Assembly: GCA_018817165.1 (NCBI GenBank)
Contig: JAHITY010000061.1
Location: 1,733-65,732, forward strand
Source of the DNA: Candidatus Omnitrophota bacterium
GTDB taxonomy: Bacteria; Omnitrophota; Gorgyraeia; B26-G9
Length of the DNA stretch: 64,000 nucleotides
Reading direction: 5' to 3'
Of the stretch, positions 9,082-19,930 are shown piece after piece (position 1 is the stretch's first letter; every line of letters starts with the position of its first letter). The notes under the pieces were generated by a model. That model had not been told where the DNA came from and did no database searches. It saw only the letters and a program-made list of their open reading frames with translations. Made by a program: the position numbers and the translations under genes.

Positions 9082-10425
9082 CTAATATTTAGGAAAATTT
9101 ATTGTCTTTAATGCTGTAAACGCCTCACCCACGACATAAAGGCTTCCTGTAACTAAAATAAGGTCATCTTTACTGGTACTATTTTCAAAAGCCATACTTA
9201 TTGCTTCTTGAACTGTATGAGTTTTTTTAATAATCCGCTTAAAAGGGGCCAAAATATTTTCCAATTCATCAACATCCATTGCTCTGGGGTTTTGCGACTG
9301 AGTTAAAATAATCATATTCTGCTGCCGCCCCAAATATTGAATCATCCCTTTTACATCTTTGTCTCTACTCACTCCAAAAACTAAAATTGATTTTTTAGGA
9401 ATAAAAATCATATTTACTGCTGCACGCAAAACCTGAGCTGAGGCTGTATTTTGTGCCCCATCAAACACAAGAAAAGGATTTTTATGGACTAATTGCATTC
9501 TGCCTGGCCAATGAGTAGTTTCCAGTCCGCGGCGGATAGCAATTGAAGAAATTACAATTTCATAAAATCTTAAGAGATGAATTACCCCTAGAGCTAAAGC
9601 AGCATTTACTACTTGGAATTGACCGACAAGACTAATATGCAGTCCAGGATAATCAATGTCTTTACCCGTGAAATCAAAAATGCTTCCATCCAGATTATTA
9701 CCGACAACATCATAAAGAAAATCTTTTCCTATTTGATACAATTTAGCATTATTCTCTTTACAAGCACGCTCAATCTCAAGCCAAGCTTGAGGCAGCTGGG
9801 TTACAGTAACCACTAGCGTGTCTTTTTTTATAATCCCGGCTTTTTCCCGGGCAATCTTTTCAATAGAATCCCCCAGGATTTGGGTATGATCTAAACTTAT
9901 TGCGACAAATCCGCAAATTAAAGGTTTAACAACATTGGTTGCATCAAGCCGACCGCCTAAGCCAGTTTCTAAAACAGCAATTTCAATTTTCTGTTGGGCA
10001 AAAAACATAAATGCCAGAACTGTATAAATTTCAAAAAAAGTCAGGCCTGGGATAGTCTCGGCATATGGTTTAATTTGTTCAACTAAAGCGATTACCTCAT
10101 CTTGCTCGATCAACCGCTCTCGGGTTTCTTCCATAGCATCAACATAACTAATTTTAATTCTTTCTTTAAAGTCAATAAGATGCGGAGAAGTATATAATCC
10201 CGCCTTATAACCAGCCTCTTTTAAAATATTAAAAATAAACGCGCAAGTCGACCCTTTACCTTTTGTTCCGGCAATATGAATCGATTTGAATTTATCCTGC
10301 GGATTATCCAGCTTATTCAACAGCTGTTTAACCCGATCTAGTTGCATATCGCTACTAGTAAAATTCATCTCTTTTTCATGATTAATAAATGAATTTAAAT
10401 ATTCTACTGATTGCTGATAATCCAT
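9082..10425 (-). CDS. folC: folylpolyglutamate synthase / dihydrofolate synthase
   Basis: Mur ligase family. P-loop HIAGTKGKGST. Confidence 0.8.
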   Translation of the reverse strand: MDYQQSVEYLNSFINHEKEMNFTSSDMQLDRVKQLLNKLDNPQDKFKSIHIAGTKGKGSTCAFIFNILKEAGYKAGLYTSPHLIDFKERIKISYVDAMEETRERLIEQDEVIALVEQIKPYAETIPGLTFFEIYTVLAFMFFAQQKIEIAVLETGLGGRLDATNVVKPLICGFVAISLDHTQILGDSIEKIAREKAGIIKKDTLVVTVTQLPQAWLEIERACKENNAKLYQIGKDFLYDVVGNNLDGSIFDFTGKDIDYPGLHISLVGQFQVVNAALALGVIHLLRFYEIVISSIAIRRGLETTHWPGRMQLVHKNPFLVFDGAQNTASAQVLRAAVNMIFIPKKSILVFGVSRDKDVKGMIQYLGRQQNMIILTQSQNPRAMDVDELENILAPFKRIIKKTHTVQEAISMAFENSTSKDDLILVTGSLYVVGEAFTALKTINFPKY

Positions 10426-10443
10426 AATTTCTTTATCTCACTT

Positions 10444-12045
10444 TTAATGACAAAAATGTCTTGTTCCGGTCAAAACCATTGCTATCCCGGCTTTTTCCGC
10501 TGCATCAATCACTTCCTGGTCACGAATTGAACCGCCGGGCTGAATTATCGCGGAAATCCCCGCTTTTGCTGCCTGTTCAATAGAATCCGCTTTTGGGAAA
10601 AAAGCATCACTGGCTAAAACAGCGCCCTGACAGCGAATCCCAGCTTTTCTAATCGCGATCATAACACTATCGACCCGACTCATTTGTCCAGCGCCAATAC
10701 CAACCGTTTTTGTATCTTGGCCTAAAACAATCGCGTTTGATTTAACATGTTTAACAATTGTCCAGCTAAAAACCAATGATTTCATTTGCTCTGGAGTTGG
10801 CTTTATTGATGTTACAAATTTTAAATTGTCTTGATCAAGTATTTTTATATTATTCTGCTGAACAAGTAAGCCGCCACTAACCCTCTTGTAATCAAGTTCT
10901 TGTAAATCGTTTCTATCCATACCGACAAAATCAGCAACTTCCATAATTCTAAGATTCTTTTTTTGTTTTAACATAGCCAAAGCTTCCAATGAAAATCCTG
11001 GACCAATAATACATTCTACAAAATCAGCTGAAAGAATTTCTTGCGCAGTCTCAACATCAACTTTGCGGTTAAAGCCGACAATACTGCCAAAGGCAGACAT
11101 TGGATCACAATCTAAAGCATTTTTATATGCTAAATAAAGTTTATCGGCACTTGCCGCTCCGCAGGGATTGGTGTGCTTAACAATACTCGCGGTTGGGATT
11201 TGAAAATCTTTTACAATATTAAGAGCTGCATTTAAATCGATTATATTGTTAAACGATAATTCTTTACCATGCAGCTGCCGCGCATTAGCAACGCTGGCTG
11301 CCATTGCATTTTTTTGTTTATAAAAAGCCGCTTTTTGATGCGGATTTTCTCCATAGCGTAAATCTTGCACTTTTCTAAACTGTAAATCAAGTATTTCATC
11401 CAATTGATTTTCTAAGCCTTGCGGCTTGATCTGATTCTGTAGATAATCCGCAATTGCCCGGTCATAGGCATATGTGCGCTTAAAAACCTCAGCAGCCAGG
11501 ATAGTCCTAGTCTGCGAACTTAAAGCGCCACTATTTTCTTTTAATTCTTTGATAATATCTTTATATCTTTCAGGATTACAAATAACCGCAACACTTTTCG
11601 CATTTTTTGCTGCTGATCTAAGCATCGATGGACCACCGATATCGATATTTTCAATCGCTTGCTCAAATTCCACACTTGGATCTGCCACTGTTTTTTCAAA
11701 CGGATAAAGATTAACAACCACCATATCAATAAATTCTATATTAAACTCTTTAAGCTGATCTAAATGCTTTGGATTATCCCTTAAAGCAAGCAATCCGCCA
11801 TGAATTTTAGGATGCAATGTTTTAACCCGGCCATCAAGCATTTCCGGGAATTGAGTAATATCGCTAACTGATTTTACCGGGATGCCTAATTGGGCAATTT
11901 GTTTGGCTGTGCCACCAGTTGAAATTATTTCCACTTTAAAATCATTTAAAACTTTTACTAAATCATCTAAACCGCTCTTGTCAGAAACACTGATTAATGC
12001 ACGTCTAATTCTAACCACTAGCCTAATCCTTCCATTTATAATCAT
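10444..12045 (-). CDS. purH: bifunctional AICAR transformylase / IMP cyclohydrolase
   Basis: [12 protein letters not shown] start and the MGS-like domain. 533 aa. The true start may be a non-ATG codon near RRALISV. Confidence 0.9.
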   Translation of the reverse strand: MIINGRIRLVVRIRRALISVSDKSGLDDLVKVLNDFKVEIISTGGTAKQIAQLGIPVKSVSDITQFPEMLDGRVKTLHPKIHGGLLALRDNPKHLDQLKEFNIEFIDMVVVNLYPFEKTVADPSVEFEQAIENIDIGGPSMLRSAAKNAKSVAVICNPERYKDIIKELKENSGALSSQTRTILAAEVFKRTYAYDRAIADYLQNQIKPQGLENQLDEILDLQFRKVQDLRYGENPHQKAAFYKQKNAMAASVANARQLHGKELSFNNIIDLNAALNIVKDFQIPTASIVKHTNPCGAASADKLYLAYKNALDCDPMSAFGSIVGFNRKVDVETAQEILSADFVECIIGPGFSLEALAMLKQKKNLRIMEVADFVGMDRNDLQELDYKRVSGGLLVQQNNIKILDQDNLKFVTSIKPTPEQMKSLVFSWTIVKHVKSNAIVLGQDTKTVGIGAGQMSRVDSVMIAIRKAGIRCQGAVLASDAFFPKADSIEQAAKAGISAIIQPGGSIRDQEVIDAAEKAGIAMVLTGTRHFCH

Positions 12046-12056
12046 CCATTTATTAA

Positions 12057-13040
12057 TTAAAACTTAAAATCAAAAACATCCGGTTTTTCAAAATCAGGAA
12101 AACACACATCACTGCTAGTGAGCTCCTGAATCCAACATTTATCAAAACCCAATTGCTGCGCATATTCCACAATTAATTGATATTCCTGATGGTTTAAAAC
12201 TCTGTTTATTTTTTTAAAACTATTTGCTCTATACCGAGGCGCATATTGACTCATTAAGCTCAAACCAATATCATTGCCTATTTCTGCATGCAAAAAATCC
12301 AACACCTGTTTACTATTTGCAATATTATTCGGCAATATTAAATGGCGAACAAAAAGACCGCTGATCGCTTTTCCGGATTTATCCAGCTTAAAACCGCCAA
12401 CCTGCTTATACATAAGCAGCAGCGCTTGTTTAGCATAGTAAACATAATCCGAAACATCCGAATAACTTAACGCGGCATCCTCGCTGTCATACTTTAAATC
12501 AGGCATATATACATCAACTATCCCCTCTAGCAATTCTAGTGCTTTTGCAGAATCATAACCATTAGTATTATAGATAATCGGGATACTCAACCCTTTATTT
12601 TTAGCAATATAAATCGCCTCTATAATCATCGGCACAAAATGCGTGGGACTTACTAAATCGATATTTACCGCTTGTTCTTGTTGCAGTTTGAGCATAATAT
12701 CAGCTAATCCAATAACGCTGACCTTATTTTTAGATACCTGCTGCTGGGATATCTGGTGATTCTGACAATAAACGCAGTGCATATTACAATGAGCAAAAAA
12801 TATAGTTCCCGCTCCCGTGTTTTGAACAAAAGGCGGCTCCTCTCCATAATGGCGCTGCCAATGAGAAACTTCCGCTTGGTTGCCAGCCTTGCAGTATCCT
12901 ACTTGCCCGGCCAATCTATCTACATTGCATTGTCTTGGACATAAACAGCATTGATAAAGCATTTGGTGTGACAGCTTTATTTTCTTTACAAAAACAGCAT
13001 TTTCCAAAGCCATATATTTAGGGATATATTTGTCGATCAT
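12057..13040 (-). CDS. radical SAM protein, PflX-like (COG1313 family)
   Basis: N-terminal Cys cluster CCLCPRQC..DR..G..GYC. Radical SAM CNMHCVYC motif. Confidence 0.65.
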   Translation of the reverse strand: MIDKYIPKYMALENAVFVKKIKLSHQMLYQCCLCPRQCNVDRLAGQVGYCKAGNQAEVSHWQRHYGEEPPFVQNTGAGTIFFAHCNMHCVYCQNHQISQQQVSKNKVSVIGLADIMLKLQQEQAVNIDLVSPTHFVPMIIEAIYIAKNKGLSIPIIYNTNGYDSAKALELLEGIVDVYMPDLKYDSEDAALSYSDVSDYVYYAKQALLLMYKQVGGFKLDKSGKAISGLFVRHLILPNNIANSKQVLDFLHAEIGNDIGLSLMSQYAPRYRANSFKKINRVLNHQEYQLIVEYAQQLGFDKCWIQELTSSDVCFPDFEKPDVFDFKF

Positions 13041-13042
13041 CC

Positions 13043-14536
13043 TTAATCCCTGAGCTTAGAATAAACATGTCTGGCAAACTCTTCTGCCTGCTGTTTACTG
13101 CGCACACTGTTTATTGCCTGGGCTTCCTCTATTTGCGCCAAGATTTTACCAATAATTGGACCTTTAGCTAATCCTAAAAGACTCATCAGCTCATTCCCAT
13201 CGATCAATTTCTCTGTTTTATTTATGACGCTTTCCATCTGAAAAAACTCTATAATAATTTTAAAAAGCTCTTCCTCATAAAAAATAAAATTTTTCGTTTT
13301 GCTTAAATTGCCCTGCATTGCCCATCGATCAGCGATGGTTAAAAGCAAAATCAATACCGCATTCTCCCCAGTATCTCTGATAAATCTAAATTTAGATCTT
13401 TTACTTGGTCTGCGATTCACAAGCTGTCCTGCTCTTAAATGATACAAGACCATATTGCTCAGAACGTAAATCTCTTTTCTCGATAATTTAAGCCTTTTGC
13501 CGATTTTTCTTACTATCAAAGATCCTTGTTTTTCATGGGTATAAAAATGTACTTTATGATCATCCCCCACAAACCGTGTCTGGGGTTTGGCAATATCATG
13601 CAGCAAACAGGCTAGTTTTAAAAGCCAAAGCCTTGATCTGTTCCCGCAAAGTTCTTCAGCCAAATACGCTTTCACTCTATCCGCAAATTCAGCCGGGATT
13701 TTCTCAGGTAAAACTTTTAACAATTTTTCTAACTGAGCCAAGCTTTCCAAGGAATGATCCCAGACATCGAGATGATGGAACAATCCCTGATCAACACCTC
13801 TTAAAGCCTTGATCTCAGGTAAGATCACATCCCAAACGCCAAAGCTATCCATTTGAAGAATATGCTTATAAGCACTTCTTCCTGATAATATCTTGGCTAA
13901 CTCTTCGGCTATACGCTCGGATGAAACATCCGCAATTCTAAACACATTATTCTTAACCAAGGCTGATGTTTGTTGATCAAAACAAAAGCCCCATTGACAA
14001 CAAAATGCATATCCTCTAAGAATCCGTAAAGGATCATCTTTAAAATTTTCCTTGCTAGTAATTTTTAATTTTTTGTTTTTTATATCAGTAATCGCATTAA
14101 AGTAATCAATTATTTCCGCCCTGCCATAAAACAAATCCTGCACTTCAACACAAAGGCTATTGATCGTAAAGTCCCGCTTTTTAAGATCACCCCGAAGCGT
14201 TTTTGCTCTGAAATCTGTAAAATCTAATCTGAATTCCTGGGCAGCTTTATGATAAATAACTCTAGCTGTTTTATGAGTTTCATCTAAAACAACATAATGC
14301 GCGTCAATCTTACGCGCTAATTGTTTGGCAAACTCAAGCGCTCCAGATTTAACCGCGAAATCCCAATCAATTACTCTTTTATAATAATCTTGCTTTATAA
14401 ATAAATCTCTCAATGCCCCGCCGACTAAATATACCCGCAGTTTTTTCTCTTTAGAAATATTGAGAATATGCTCTAATATATTATCATTTTCAAACTTTTT
14501 TAATTTTTTATAATACTTATTAATCGCTTTATCCAT
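13043..14536 (-). CDS. CCA-adding enzyme / poly(A) polymerase family nucleotidyltransferase with HD domain
   Basis: GGALRD head domain and the HD motif LLHDIAK. Start taken at the internal MDKAINKYY codon. The ORF track extends to 14587. Confidence 0.7.
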   Translation of the reverse strand: MDKAINKYYKKLKKFENDNILEHILNISKEKKLRVYLVGGALRDLFIKQDYYKRVIDWDFAVKSGALEFAKQLARKIDAHYVVLDETHKTARVIYHKAAQEFRLDFTDFRAKTLRGDLKKRDFTINSLCVEVQDLFYGRAEIIDYFNAITDIKNKKLKITSKENFKDDPLRILRGYAFCCQWGFCFDQQTSALVKNNVFRIADVSSERIAEELAKILSGRSAYKHILQMDSFGVWDVILPEIKALRGVDQGLFHHLDVWDHSLESLAQLEKLLKVLPEKIPAEFADRVKAYLAEELCGNRSRLWLLKLACLLHDIAKPQTRFVGDDHKVHFYTHEKQGSLIVRKIGKRLKLSRKEIYVLSNMVLYHLRAGQLVNRRPSKRSKFRFIRDTGENAVLILLLTIADRWAMQGNLSKTKNFIFYEEELFKIIIEFFQMESVINKTEKLIDGNELMSLLGLAKGPIIGKILAQIEEAQAINSVRSKQQAEEFARHVYSKLRD

Positions 14537-14936
14537 TGAGAAATTGGAGTTTTTCAAATACTTCCTCTTCAACAAATACTGGAGCATTTAAACGCAAGGC
14601 TAAAGCAATGCTATCACTCGGACGAGCATCAAGATCTAACAATGCACTATCAGACTTAAGTCTGATCATCAAACGGGCATAAAAAGTATTGCCCTCCAGC
14701 TTATTTATAATAACTTGTTCCAGCTTAGCGCCAATTTTTTCGATTAAATTACTCAGCAGATCGTGGGTTAAAGGTCTGGGGCAACGCAAATTGCTTACTT
14801 TCATTTTTATTGCAGCAGCCTCTGCTACCCCGATTATGATTGGCATTTGCCTCTGCCCATCTTTTTCCTTGAGGATAATTATCTGATCATGCTTATTTTC
14901 ATGCATAATTATTTTAAAAAGCTCTACCCTAACCAT
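14529..14936 (-). CDS. bifunctional nuclease (BFN/DUF151) family protein
   Basis: MVRVELFKI...PIIIGV..EA.AI...RP.THDL pattern. The internal Met was chosen to avoid overlap with the upstream gene. Confidence 0.5.
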   Translation of the reverse strand: MVRVELFKIIMHENKHDQIIILKEKDGQRQMPIIIGVAEAAAIKMKVSNLRCPRPLTHDLLSNLIEKIGAKLEQVIINKLEGNTFYARLMIRLKSDSALLDLDARPSDSIALALRLNAPVFVEEEVFEKLQFLNG

Positions 14937-14974
14937 TGCCAACCCTTTCCTATATAACAAAATAATCCTTAAAA

Positions 14975-15592
14975 TCAACCTATCCCAATTGTTTCAAATA
15001 ATACTCCTAATGTCTTAGGATCGGGGATAAGCAATAACTTCCCTGACAAACTTGAGGGGTCACTGGTAAAGGAAACATTAATGCTAATACCTTCATTATG
15101 ACAAATATTATCTCTAAGAAAATCAATAGTTTCTGTATGATTAAAACTTACTTTCGGCACACCACAGCATGTCTTAAGATTGAACATAGAATCTATAGCG
15201 GAAAAGTATGTTGCCGCAATAACAGTAGAAAGTTCCGAAAAAATACTTTCCTGGTCTTTCAGGGTAAGATTTTCAGCATCAACCTTTTCCAAATCATCCG
15301 CGTTTATAAATTTATTCATCAGTTGAATTGCGTCTTTATGGGATAAAATAATCAGTATTTCAGTCAGGTCAGAAATAGCCGCTACAGTAAGATAGGCTAC
15401 GACAATCCCTCCATTTTGATTTTCAGTATGCAATAATTGTTCTTTAGAAAAAGCATCTAATGCCGGCAAGGAAATATCAATCTTTTCCTTTGATATTTCA
15501 CCAATCGCTGTTGCAACATGGCTTATTCCAATATTTGCCATTTCTTTTAATGCTGAGCTTTGGATCTCATCAAATTGTTCTACCCATTCCAT
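14975..15592 (-). CDS. CheC/CheX-like chemotaxis phosphatase family protein
   Basis: Two internally repeated segments with E..N signatures (ALKEMANIG). 205 aa. Confidence 0.45.
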   Translation of the reverse strand: MEWVEQFDEIQSSALKEMANIGISHVATAIGEISKEKIDISLPALDAFSKEQLLHTENQNGGIVVAYLTVAAISDLTEILIILSHKDAIQLMNKFINADDLEKVDAENLTLKDQESIFSELSTVIAATYFSAIDSMFNLKTCCGVPKVSFNHTETIDFLRDNICHNEGISINVSFTSDPSSLSGKLLLIPDPKTLGVLFETIGIG

Positions 15593-15989
15593 TTTTAACT
15601 CCTTTTTGCTTTACAAAATCAGAAATCAATTCTTTATAGCGCCGATCTTCTCTGAGATAAAATAAATCCGGATCATTATCTAGGTGCTGAAAATCATTAT
15701 ACCCGAGCGCTATTGCCTTCTTTAAAGCAGAAAAAGCTTTATCTAGCTGCCCCAACAAAGAACAACTACATGACAAATTATACTGAATTGTAGGATCATC
15801 CGGTTTTAGCTTTGCCAAGCGTTTATCGATTAATAGTCCATTACTGTATTGCCCTGCTTTTGTATAAGCCTCCGCAAGCGGAACCAGCGCATCTACATAA
15901 TTAGAGTTGTCCTTTAAAAGCTTCTCAAAAAACTCTATCTCAAAATAAGCTGCTGAATTTTTATTTAAAGATTTTTTATTTTTTTTCAT
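15570..15989 (-). CDS. TPR-repeat protein
   Basis: TPR-like helical repeats. Confidence 0.45.
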   Translation of the reverse strand: MKKNKKSLNKNSAAYFEIEFFEKLLKDNSNYVDALVPLAEAYTKAGQYSNGLLIDKRLAKLKPDDPTIQYNLSCSCSLLGQLDKAFSALKKAIALGYNDFQHLDNDPDLFYLREDRRYKELISDFVKQKGVKNGMGRTI

Positions 15990-16088
15990 TTCAATTCTCT
16001 CTATTATTTGAAGTTATCTTCATTTTAATTTTTATGATTAAATTAAATATACTTTCTAAATTATATCCTTCTTGAACTATTCAGGCTA

Positions 16089-16760
16089 TTAACCGCCTCC
16101 TAAAAGAAAATATTCTCCCACCCCAATCAACATTAGACCAAATAACTTTTTTATTTTTTCCATCCATTGCCCGGAGCGAGGCATCTTTTTTAACAGGCCA
16201 ATAAATATTCCGAGAATTAATAAAGGAAAACCCATACCCAGAGCATAAACAAACAATAAACTTATTCCCAAACCAATATTTTGTTTGCTCGCAACATAAG
16301 CCAAAATCCCCCCTAAAACAGGGGTCGAACATGGTCCCACCACCAATCCGGATAAAGCTCCGGTCAAAAATGCTCCTGCCGCGCCTGACTTATCTGTGCT
16401 TTTAATTTTCCCCAGCAAAGAGAACTGCGGCATTCTAAAAACTTCCAACATAAAAAGACCCATCAAGATAAAAATATTAGCAATTATAAATCTTGTCCAA
16501 AAGCTATGTTGAAAACTGCCAAATAATTCCCCACTGAGTGCCGCTAACGCTCCTAACAAAGCATAAACTATTGCCAGTCCCAAAATATAACTTAATGAAA
16601 TCAAAATAATCTCTGTTTTACTTTTTAAATTTGCGGTCCCAAGGCAACTGACAATTACCGGCATTATCGGATAAACACAAGGTGTAAAACAAATTAAAAC
16701 CCCAAATGTAAATACGGCAATATATGTAAATATCGAAATATTATCTGATAATACTTGCAT
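16089..16760 (-). CDS. ccdA: cytochrome c-type biogenesis protein CcdA (DsbD transmembrane family)
   Basis: Six TM helices. Two conserved Cys, in CFTPCVYP and GPCSTP. Confidence 0.75.
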   Translation of the reverse strand: MQVLSDNISIFTYIAVFTFGVLICFTPCVYPIMPVIVSCLGTANLKSKTEIILISLSYILGLAIVYALLGALAALSGELFGSFQHSFWTRFIIANIFILMGLFMLEVFRMPQFSLLGKIKSTDKSGAAGAFLTGALSGLVVGPCSTPVLGGILAYVASKQNIGLGISLLFVYALGMGFPLLILGIFIGLLKKMPRSGQWMEKIKKLFGLMLIGVGEYFLLGGG

Positions 16761-16787
16761 AAACCGCTATCTCCCCTTAATCTGACA

Positions 16788-17459
16788 TTATTTCCTGTTT
16801 TTCACAAAAAATGTTTTTAAAACAGCTCCCCCAATAAAACCCCCAATATGAGCCCACCAAGCAACCCCCGAGCTTTGAGTTTCAATCAGAGTATAATAAC
16901 CCGCTAAAAACTGAATTAAAAACCATATTCCCAAAAAAAAGAATGCAGGAACATCAGCAATAGTCCAGAAAATAAACACTGGCAATATTGTAACAATTTT
17001 AGCTTTGGGTGAAAGCAGAAAATATGCACCCAAAACCCCTGCTATACAGCCGCTGGCTCCGATTACAGGTATTGTGGAACTCAAATTCATGATAATATGC
17101 ATACTAGTACCGATTATTCCACATAAAAAATAGAACAATAAGTATCTTAAGTGACCTAACCGATACTCTACATTATCACCAAACACCCATAAGTACCACA
17201 TATTTCCAATTAAATGTAGCCACCCGGAATGAATAAAAAGCGAAATTATCAAAGAAAATATTTTATTTATTACAGTTGCCCAAGTTATCTCATCCCAAAA
17301 AATAAAATAAGCCGGAACTAAAGCATATTTATCAATAAACAAGATTAACCCATTACCCAAAAATATTTCTTTGAAAAAAATATATATATTAACTAAAATC
17401 AAAGCAATTGTGATAATCGGGATATGCTTTGACCTTAGCTTATCTCGCAGTGGTATCAA
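16788..17459 (-). CDS. rhomboid family intramembrane serine protease
   Basis: GASGCIAGVLGAY (GxSG) and AHIGGFIGG (catalytic His). Confidence 0.75.
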   Translation of the reverse strand: MIPLRDKLRSKHIPIITIALILVNIYIFFKEIFLGNGLILFIDKYALVPAYFIFWDEITWATVINKIFSLIISLFIHSGWLHLIGNMWYLWVFGDNVEYRLGHLRYLLFYFLCGIIGTSMHIIMNLSSTIPVIGASGCIAGVLGAYFLLSPKAKIVTILPVFIFWTIADVPAFFFLGIWFLIQFLAGYYTLIETQSSGVAWWAHIGGFIGGAVLKTFFVKNRK

Positions 17460-17753
17460 TATGAAACTCCTTATTAATCCTTAGCTTAGAGCTATATTTT
17501 ATCAAATTATTGAGTTTTCTGCAACACAATTTGCCAGGGAGGATATTAAGCGCATTTGGCTAAAGAAACTTGTAATTATAATACCCTACAAATAAACACT
17601 TTATAACTACAGCTCATGTTTTATGATTTATTTAAAATTACTTTCAGTTCCGCAGACTAATCTTCCGGCGAAACCGCACCCGATAAATCAACCATAAATA
17701 AGCCGGAATGTTTCTGCCTTAAAGTTAAATACAGGCTTCTTCAGCTTTTATAT

Positions 17754-18413
17754 TTATATGATCTCTTGATTTTTCTTCAGATTATACGCGCAAAAATGAT
17801 TTATTTTACAGATTCCACATTGAGGTTCACGTGCACGGCAAATACTTCTGCCATGAGCGATAAATAAATCATTTACCTTGCCCCATTGCTTCCGAGCGAT
17901 AAGTTCCATTAGATCCTGCTCGATTTTACAAGGATTATTAGCTTGAGTCAACCCCAGCCTCTGACTTAAGCGCTTCACGTGAGTATCAACGGCAATCCCT
18001 TCATTTTTGCCAAAAGCATTATATAATATTATATTCGCTGTTTTTCTGCCAACTCCCGGCAGAGAAGTAAGTTCCTGCATATCGCGAGGGACAATCCCCT
18101 TGTATTTTATACAAATAATTCTTGCTGTTTGAATAATATTTTTTGCTTTACTATGAAACAACCCTAAAGAGCGGATTTCATTCTCCAAGGCATTAAACCG
18201 AGCACTCGCATAGTCACTCGCTGTTTTATAATTAAGAAACAATTTCCGGGTAATCTGATTAACTCTAATATCAGTACACTGGGCAGATAATATAGTTGCC
18301 ACAAGTAATTCTATATTTGTCCTAAAGTCAAGGGCTATCTTAGCTTCTGGATACAGTTTACATAATTTTTTTAAAATAATAATTCCTAAGTTAACCTTTG
18401 TTTGTTCGTGCAT
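17754..18413 (-). CDS. nth: endonuclease III
   Basis: HhH-GPD fold and a C-terminal 4Fe-4S cluster C.......C..C.....C. Confidence 0.85.
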   Translation of the reverse strand: MHEQTKVNLGIIILKKLCKLYPEAKIALDFRTNIELLVATILSAQCTDIRVNQITRKLFLNYKTASDYASARFNALENEIRSLGLFHSKAKNIIQTARIICIKYKGIVPRDMQELTSLPGVGRKTANIILYNAFGKNEGIAVDTHVKRLSQRLGLTQANNPCKIEQDLMELIARKQWGKVNDLFIAHGRSICRAREPQCGICKINHFCAYNLKKNQEII

Positions 18414-18528
18414 AATTTACCGTTTTTCTTAGAATTGCTTTTAATCTAAATATTCTTTAAAAAAATATTTGCAATAAATTTTATTTCCCAGTATAATAAA
18501 ATTTAATTATTACAAAAGGAGGTTTCAA

Positions 18529-18717
18529 ATGAAAGCAATAGTCGATGCAGATGCCTGTGTAGGTTGTGGACTTTGCGCAAATATATGCGCTGAAGTATAT
18601 CAAATGCAAGACGATAAAGCTATTGTTATTGGTAATTCTATTGCCGATAATTTAGTTGAGTCTGCAAAAGAAGCAGCTACCAGCTGTCCTGTTGAAGCAA
18701 TAAAAATTGAGGGCTAG
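18529..18717 (+). CDS. small 4Fe-4S ferredoxin
   Basis: 62 aa. CVGCGLCANICAEV plus a distal CP. SD aaggagg precedes the start. Confidence 0.75.
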   Translation: MKAIVDADACVGCGLCANICAEVYQMQDDKAIVIGNSIADNLVESAKEAATSCPVEAIKIEG

Positions 18718-18737
18718 GCTCAAAGCCCTCAATTTTT
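18707..18737. terminator. bidirectional intrinsic terminator between the ferredoxin and the convergent carboxypeptidase gene
   Basis: Stem ttgagggc/gccctcaa with a 10-nt loop. T runs lie on both sides. Confidence 0.5.
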
Positions 18738-18775
18738 ATTCCAAAAACAGATCCACTAAGTTTATACCTGCCATA

Positions 18776-19582
18776 TTAATACTTTTTATTAATTAAATAG
18801 TTAAGATCATCCCAAGGCTTATGGCTACCTTGAATTGCTACAATTAGTTTGCGATTTCTACTAGTAAACGCACCTAAAAAACAATGCCCTGCTTTGGTTG
18901 TATAACCTGTTTTCCCAATTAAATCATTAGAATCGCGCCAAAGAAACTTATTATGATTCTTAATGCTGATAACTTTTTTATCACTACCCGCAACTTCAGT
19001 CATTTTAGTTTGCATTATGGAAACTAGCTGACGATTATTCATACAGGCTTTCATAAATAAAGCAAGATCATACGCTGTTGAATATTGTCTTTTTTTATAT
19101 TCCGGCAACCCAGTAGCATTCAGAAAAAAACTATCTTTTGCTCCCATTTTCTTTGCTTGTTCATTCATTCGCAATGAAAATTGAAACTCTGTCTGAGCCA
19201 TTGCTTCTGCCAAAACTACCCCAGCATCATTAGCAGATGCCATTAATAAACATTTGATCAGATCAATCACTTTATATTCTGCTTTTTCAGTCAAATACAC
19301 TTTGCTGGGCGCAATTCCAGCAGCCCTCTTGCTAATCGTTAAATAACTATTAAGATCAAGATTGTTCGCAGACATAATTGCGGTTAAAACCTTAACCGTG
19401 CTAGCGGCGGGCATCCGCACATTAGCGTTCCGGCTATAAAGAACCTTTCCAGTAGCCGCATCCATGATTATTGCTGATTTAGCCGTAAGCCCTTCCTTAA
19501 CGGCAAATGCCTGCGGACATAAAAAAATTGTCATTACTAAAATAATCAAAAATATTTTCATTAATTGTTTTAATCTTTGCAT
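18776..19582 (-). CDS. D-alanyl-D-alanine carboxypeptidase (peptidase S11, PBP5-like) with signal peptide
   Basis: SxxK motif AASTVK and the SxN motif ASANDA. Confidence 0.75.
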   Translation of the reverse strand: MQRLKQLMKIFLIILVMTIFLCPQAFAVKEGLTAKSAIIMDAATGKVLYSRNANVRMPAASTVKVLTAIMSANNLDLNSYLTISKRAAGIAPSKVYLTEKAEYKVIDLIKCLLMASANDAGVVLAEAMAQTEFQFSLRMNEQAKKMGAKDSFFLNATGLPEYKKRQYSTAYDLALFMKACMNNRQLVSIMQTKMTEVAGSDKKVISIKNHNKFLWRDSNDLIGKTGYTTKAGHCFLGAFTSRNRKLIVAIQGSHKPWDDLNYLINKKY

Positions 19583-19851
19583 AGCGGATTATTTAATCTC
19601 CTATAAATGTAAGAATTATTTCTCTCTGCCTTGGGCGAGTATAAAATTCAACAAGAACAACTTGTTGCCAAGTTCCAAGAAGTAACACTTTTTTTTCAAA
19701 ATGAACAATAATGGAAGGGCCCTGAATTGCCGCCCGGACATGACTAAAACCTTTGCGCCATTCCATGTTTGATTATGCTTATAATATCATGTTTTTAGTA
19801 AAATTAGAATTTATTTTAGTAAGCATTTGCTTATTATCATTTTTTATTTTA

Positions 19852-19880
19852 TTGACTGATTTGAAATATAAAGCTATAAT
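19852..19880 (+). promoter_or_regulatory. sigma70-type promoter for pyrE (TTGACT-17nt-TATAAT)
   Basis: TTGACT at 19852-19857, a 17-nt spacer, then TATAAT at 19875-19880. It lies about 50 nt upstream of the pyrE start. Confidence 0.45.
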
Positions 19881-19930
19881 TTTTGATATTACTAATAACC
19901 TAACTCTTCACTAACCTTTTAGGAACTAAT

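Noticed and set aside
16081-16332. 83-aa minus-strand ORF
   Set aside because: An alternative frame inside ccdA.
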